The notes under the pieces were generated by a model. The model was not told where the DNA came from and ran no database searches. It saw only the letters and a list, made by a program, of their open reading frames with translations. From assembly GCA_943355025.1 (NCBI GenBank), contig CALRDW010000006.1:1-58855 (forward strand): DNA of 58,855 bases. The letters run 5' to 3'. This document shows, one piece after another, positions 54,872 to 58,855 of the stretch (positions within the stretch are counted from its first letter, which is position 1; the number at the start of each line of letters is the position of its first letter). The position numbers and the translations under genes were made by a program. Origin of the DNA: Candidatus Magasanikiibacteriota bacterium. Its GTDB lineage: Bacteria; Patescibacteriota; Patescibacteriia; Magasanikbacterales; 2-02-FULL-50-9b.

Positions 54872-54935
54872 AAAAACCGCCCATCCTTTCTAAGGGTGCG
54901 GCGGTTGATTGCAGTTGGTGTTTCGTTTTGAGGAG

Positions 54936-55395
54936 TTACGCGAGGGTTTCTACAAGAAGGGCCGTCATGAACAGGATAAAGTCATATCCAAAGTGCAGAG
55001 CCCAGCAGAAACTTAAAGCGGCCAGTTCATTTTTAAACGAACCACGCAGGCCGCCTGTTTTCAGGTAGGCTACAATGTTTATCGTGAGCCTCGTCTTGTT
55101 TGCCTTTGCGCACCTACCGGCAGCAGTTAATTCTCAACCAAACATCAACGTACGGAACTACGTACAGCGCTGTCGCGAGTGCACAGTATCGCCATGACAG
55201 CGCTCGATCTCTTTGCGTGTCGCCGGCGTGGTAGCCGTTATCAACAATGGTGATAACGAGGGACATAAGCATAAATGCATATGCGATGTTGCTGAGCATC
55301 GGGAGCGTCTCGGTCCCATAATAGAACACGATTCGCGCACCCATGAGTACCCACATGATAGTCTCGTTGGTGCTCGTGCTTTTTGATTTTTTCAT
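54936..55395 (-). pseudogene. small membrane-protein gene apparently split by a frameshift
   Basis: ORF 55114..55395 (93 aa, TM-rich) stops at 55114. A second hydrophobic frame (…IVAYLKTGGLRGSFKNELAALSFCWALHFGYDFILFMTALLVETLA*) is open from 55133 to 54936 but has no start codon. Confidence 0.35.
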
Positions 55396-55496
55396 GATGG
55401 CCAGTTCCTTTGTTGCGACACTATGCGCAACGTAAAATACTATCAGATTTTGGCGATTTTGTCAATCCTCGTCCGCTCCTGTAAGATGGCCGGGAC

Positions 55497-56462
55497 ATGG
55501 TGATTTATTTGTACGGAAATGACACAAAGCGCTCGCGTGGACATCTCGATAAACTCATCGAGAAATTTTATCGTGAGCGTGATCTGCAAAAATTGAACGT
55601 GCGTCGCGTGGTTGTTGGCGCCGATGATGAAACTGATATTAGGAGTGAGCTTTTGACTGCGCCGTTTTTAGCACCGAAACGCATGGTCATCCTTGAGCGC
55701 ATGCTTGAAAAAGGAGATGCAGAATTGTTAGCCTGGTTTGGCGCACGATTTTTAGACGCAGAGCCGCCAAGCGACACTATTGTAGTTGTGTGGGAGCAGG
55801 AGCCGGTTAAGAAAGCAAAAAATTCGAATGAAATATTGCACGCACGCTTGGTAGCGAGTAAGTTTGCACAGGAGTTCGCGCCACTTGAGGGACGACGACG
55901 TGAAGAATGGATTATTCGTACAATTGATGAGCGTGGCGGCGCAATTTCGGCTGATGCAGCGCTGGAGCTCGCGCGGCGCGTGAGTGATGATTTCGATATA
56001 TCAAACACGATTGATGTTCTTGTTTCGCATGCTGGCGGGAGCGCTGCGGTTATTACAACAAAAGATCTCGATTTATTTTTACCGCCTGACATTGAGAATA
56101 AAATTTTTGAAGCGATGGATGCGATGGCAAATCGTAAATCTGACGCAGCTATGAAACTGCTCGCAAATGTATGGTTTGCTGATAATGATCCGATATATAT
56201 TTTTGCAATGCTGCATCGTCAAGTTCGGTTATTGTTGCAGACTCGTGAGCTTCTTGATGATAATTCGACAACGAGCGAAGTCGGTGTCGCAAAAGCATTG
56301 AACGTTCACGCATTTGTAGCAAAAAAACTGCTTGGGCAAGCTGCACGGTGGTCGCGTGCCGAGCTTGTTGCTTGGTATGATCGACTTATCGAGATTGATT
56401 ATGCAATCAAACACAGCTCAAGCGACCCGCGGGTGCTGATTGACAAGTTTGTGGCTGGTTGA
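55497..56462 (+). CDS. holA: DNA polymerase III delta subunit
   Basis: 321 aa. Family-typical length and C-terminal helical domain (YIFAMLHRQVRLLL). Confidence 0.8.
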   Translation: MVIYLYGNDTKRSRGHLDKLIEKFYRERDLQKLNVRRVVVGADDETDIRSELLTAPFLAPKRMVILERMLEKGDAELLAWFGARFLDAEPPSDTIVVVWEQEPVKKAKNSNEILHARLVASKFAQEFAPLEGRRREEWIIRTIDERGGAISADAALELARRVSDDFDISNTIDVLVSHAGGSAAVITTKDLDLFLPPDIENKIFEAMDAMANRKSDAAMKLLANVWFADNDPIYIFAMLHRQVRLLLQTRELLDDNSTTSEVGVAKALNVHAFVAKKLLGQAARWSRAELVAWYDRLIEIDYAIKHSSSDPRVLIDKFVAG

Positions 56463-56517
56463 TATAGTCCCCCCACGCAAACTTTAAATACACGCTCTCA
56501 AACCTGTAACCTAAGTT

Positions 56518-56778
56518 ATGCCAAATTTAGCACAAGCTAAAAAAGCACTCCGCAAGGCCAAGAAAGCATTCGTTCGCAATGAAGCAATTCGCGACGGCGT
56601 TCGAAAGCTTAAGAAGCTCGCACGCGTTGCTGTCGATGCAAAAGATAAATCAAAAGCGACAACAGTCGCTCACGATTTACAAGTTGCTCTCGACAAAGCA
56701 TCAAAGCGCGGTGTGATCCATAAGAACAAGGCGTCACGCCTTAAATCACGTCTCGCAAAGAAACTGAATTCTTTATAA
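56518..56778 (+). CDS. rpsT: 30S ribosomal protein S20
   Basis: MPNLAQAKKALRKAKK...IHKNKASRLKSRL. A terminator follows at ~56813-56842. Confidence 0.95.
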   Translation: MPNLAQAKKALRKAKKAFVRNEAIRDGVRKLKKLARVAVDAKDKSKATTVAHDLQVALDKASKRGVIHKNKASRLKSRLAKKLNSL

Positions 56779-56869
56779 GAATTTAACTGGGCGGTCTGGA
56801 ACAAAAACACCACTAGCTGGTGTTTTTGTTTTTTCATGAGTATAATCTAGGCAAATTATTTAAGTTTTT

Positions 56870-57478
56870 ATGCACAAACGATTTATTATTGGAGTTGCTC
56901 TGGTCACAACACTGCTTGGCGCTGGCTGCTCCGCACCAGCAAAAGTTGTAACACCGACCCCGGCAATTACCGCACCCGATACAACAGCACTTGTTGCTGA
57001 TACTGCTGGAGGCTTGCTCGATGCGCACGTTTTTAAACATCCGAAGTACGGCTACACAATTCAGTATCCAGCCAACTGGGGCTTAGCGCAACTTTCCGAC
57101 AGCCCGACTGCCGTTGTATTTAAAAATCATTCGCCAGACGTAATTACAAAATTAAAAAAAGATTTTAGTGCAAATTTAATCATTCAGAAAGATGGGGGTC
57201 CAGATGGATCGCTGGATCTTTTTGTTGCGCGTCTTAAAAAAGAGATTGGCGGATTTGCGAATTCGAAAATTAGTAATGAACGTACCGTTAAGCTTGGTGA
57301 TGGAGACGCGCATTATTTAACGGTTATCGCAAGGCAAGAAGGTTTTGATCTAACCGAAATTTATGTGGCAGTAAAGAAAGGTTCTGATAAATATTTGTTA
57401 TCCGCTACAGCACCAACAGAATTTTGGTCAAAGTATAGCGCTGCATTTGATGCTGCATTGGTAACATTCAAACCATAG
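56870..57478 (+). CDS. hypothetical lipoprotein
   Basis: Lipobox LLGAGC. 202 aa. Terminator AAAAAAGCCGTG...CACGGCTTTTT at ~57498-57526. Confidence 0.65.
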   Translation: MHKRFIIGVALVTTLLGAGCSAPAKVVTPTPAITAPDTTALVADTAGGLLDAHVFKHPKYGYTIQYPANWGLAQLSDSPTAVVFKNHSPDVITKLKKDFSANLIIQKDGGPDGSLDLFVARLKKEIGGFANSKISNERTVKLGDGDAHYLTVIARQEGFDLTEIYVAVKKGSDKYLLSATAPTEFWSKYSAAFDAALVTFKP

Positions 57479-57528
57479 GCACTTTGGAAAGTTGTTTAAA
57501 AAAGCCGTGAGTGATCACGGCTTTTTGT

Positions 57529-58608
57529 TTAGAAATCACTTGTTTCTTCGATGAGTGCTGTCGCAATTGGTGTTTCAGCAAGCTCGACTTGCGCAACTTT
57601 TTCAAATTTCCCGTCAAACTTTTCGAGCCGCTTCCGCGAATCATCATAGGCGCGTGCCGCGTTCGTTAAATGTTTTCCGACAAGTGTATAATCTCCGTTA
57701 AATCGTTCGAGATCACCCTTAAGCCGAGAAAGATTTTGCATCATCTCGCGCGCAGACGATTCAATTTGCATACCACGGAGACCTAATAATATGGTTTGAA
57801 GATATACGTAGAAACTATTTGGCGAAACTGGAATGACATTTTTTGAGTGTGCATAATGCACGAGATCATTTTCCTCTGTAATTCCTTTCACAATTGTTTC
57901 GTAGTATACATTTTCCGCTGGAATGTACATGAGTGCAATCGACAACGTCCCCTCATCCGGTAAAATATATTGTTTTGCGATTTTATCAATGTGTTTTTTT
58001 ACATCATTCACAAATACTTTTTTGAAACTGTCTTTTTCATCATCGGGCGCCGCGAGCATTTTTTGAAAATTTTCGAGTGGAAACTTTGAATCAACCGGAA
58101 CAAGCATATTGTCGCGTAATTTTACGACAGCATCAACAACTTCCCCGCTTTGAAATCTGTGCTGTTCAATGTAATGGTCAGGCGGTAAAATTTGTGACAA
58201 TAAATTTCCCAAAAATAATTCTCCAATTGTGCCGCGCAATTTTGGCGACCGCAAGATTTCTTGCAGTGAGGAAATATCTTTGCCAACGTCGTAAATTCTT
58301 TTGTTTGACTCTTCGAGTTGTGCAAGCTTATTTGTTACAGCTGCATACGCGCGTGTTGCTGAATCGAGTCGTTCACCAATGGTTTGCTGCGACTGTTGTT
58401 GCACCTGAGTATTTTCGCGCAAACGATCATTAACTTGTTTGCCCATTGCATTGAGTTGTTGCAGAACCGTTTGAGTCGTTTGTCCGAGTTGACGCTCAAC
58501 AGCCTCGGTTCGGCTTTCGTCTTGATTTTTTTTGGCAAACCTATATAGTGTTGCAAGAGTAGCAAGACTGAGTACGAGTGAGATAAAAAGTAAGATGTTG
58601 TTGAGCAT
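57529..58608 (-). CDS. rmuC: DNA recombination protein RmuC
   Basis: N-terminal TM segment plus long coiled coil; C-terminal nuclease-like region (VDAVVKL...VPVDSKFP...IPDEGTLSIALMYIPAENVYY). Start set at MLNNILLF after TGTTATACT. Confidence 0.85.
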   Translation of the reverse strand: MLNNILLFISLVLSLATLATLYRFAKKNQDESRTEAVERQLGQTTQTVLQQLNAMGKQVNDRLRENTQVQQQSQQTIGERLDSATRAYAAVTNKLAQLEESNKRIYDVGKDISSLQEILRSPKLRGTIGELFLGNLLSQILPPDHYIEQHRFQSGEVVDAVVKLRDNMLVPVDSKFPLENFQKMLAAPDDEKDSFKKVFVNDVKKHIDKIAKQYILPDEGTLSIALMYIPAENVYYETIVKGITEENDLVHYAHSKNVIPVSPNSFYVYLQTILLGLRGMQIESSAREMMQNLSRLKGDLERFNGDYTLVGKHLTNAARAYDDSRKRLEKFDGKFEKVAQVELAETPIATALIEETSDF

Positions 58609-58688
58609 AGCTGGAGTAGTATAACATAGACTATGCAAAACTTGTACGGTTTTTGTTCGGCTCGGTGGATAAACTTGAGGATAACTTT

Positions 58689-58763
58689 GCGTCCCTGTAG
58701 TTCAACTGGACAGAACTGCCCCGTCCTAAGGGGTTAATGAGTGTTCGAATCACTCCGGGGGCA
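58689..58763 (+). tRNA. tRNA-Arg(CCU)-like gene with an imperfect acceptor stem
   Basis: Good T arm (GAGTG-TTCGAAT-CACTC), anticodon arm (GCCCC-GTCCTAA-GGGGT) and D arm (AGTT/AACT). The 5' GCGTCCC pairs poorly with the 3' CGGGGGC (two mismatches, or one extra nucleotide). Confidence 0.55.
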
Positions 58764-58787
58764 TTTTAGAAAATTAGAAAGGCAGTC

Positions 58788-58855
58788 TCAACCTTCTAAC
58801 GCAACAAGTTTAGTAAAAGCTTCATACGGTGTTTCGTAATTAATAACTTTTCGGG
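58788..58855 (-). mobile_element. 3' end of an IS30-like transposase gene (last ~22 codons; the rest is beyond the right edge)
   Basis: The reverse frame reads ...RKVINYETPYEAFTKLVALEG*, resembling the conserved RPRKxLxYxTPxExF C-terminus of IS30-family transposases. Confidence 0.4.

Noticed and set aside
1-58855. CRISPR arrays, rRNA genes, reverse transcriptase/DGR template-variable repeat pairs, prophage structural genes.
   Set aside because: No regularly spaced direct repeats, rRNA-like sequence or RT motifs were seen on either strand. The only repeated sequences found are the 125-bp pair and the 47-nt terminator pair.

Overview
This 58.9-kb window is a compact, gene-dense bacterial chromosome segment using the standard genetic code. 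All calls come from reading the sequence and the ORF track; no searches were run. Product names rest on motifs I recognise. Hand-derived coordinates were anchored to ORF-track frames where possible and may still be off by 1-2 nt.

The core content is housekeeping. It includes efp-epmA, rpsR-ssb-rpsF, ychF, dksA-like/lspA, comM, hppA, tig, a lexA-dinB SOS unit, nfo, PBP1A, polA, holA, rpsT and rmuC. It also contains the replication-origin neighbourhood: rpmH-rnpA-yidD on the minus strand facing dnaA-dnaN on the plus strand, with DnaA boxes in both flanking spacers. Three tRNAs are present: an initiator-type Met, Cys, and an Arg(CCU)-like gene with a poor acceptor stem. The gene repertoire and the short-leader promoters suggest a reduced-genome lineage such as Patescibacteria/CPR, but that is inference only.

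A second class of material sits among the core genes. These are higher-GC orphan genes, each an autonomous unit with a near-consensus TTGACA-N17-TATAAT-type promoter, a long leader, a Shine-Dalgarno site and its own terminator.

The observations most worth follow-up are:
- A ~3-kb island (29.6-32.6 kb) bounded by a duplicated 47-nt terminator. It carries a heme-oxygenase-like protein, a TrmB-like regulator and a putative PBECR-like nuclease that faces a perfect antisense promoter.
- An ORF-free 0.87-kb tract after tRNA-fMet, in which a promoter and terminator bracket a ~400-nt RNA.
- Three orphan genes around tRNA-Cys, including two tandem, divergent 319-aa paralogs.
- A RelE/Phd toxin-antitoxin (TA) cassette plus a fragment of an MGMT-like (methylated-DNA methyltransferase) gene, inserted inside a ProX/YbaK-like gene.
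- A riboswitch-like leader ahead of a translationally coupled operon encoding a CofE-like protein and a protein of the N-formylglutamate amidohydrolase family (FGase-like).
- A lexA promoter carrying both SOS boxes and DnaA-type boxes.

No CRISPR array, rRNA, reverse transcriptase or complete mobile element was seen.
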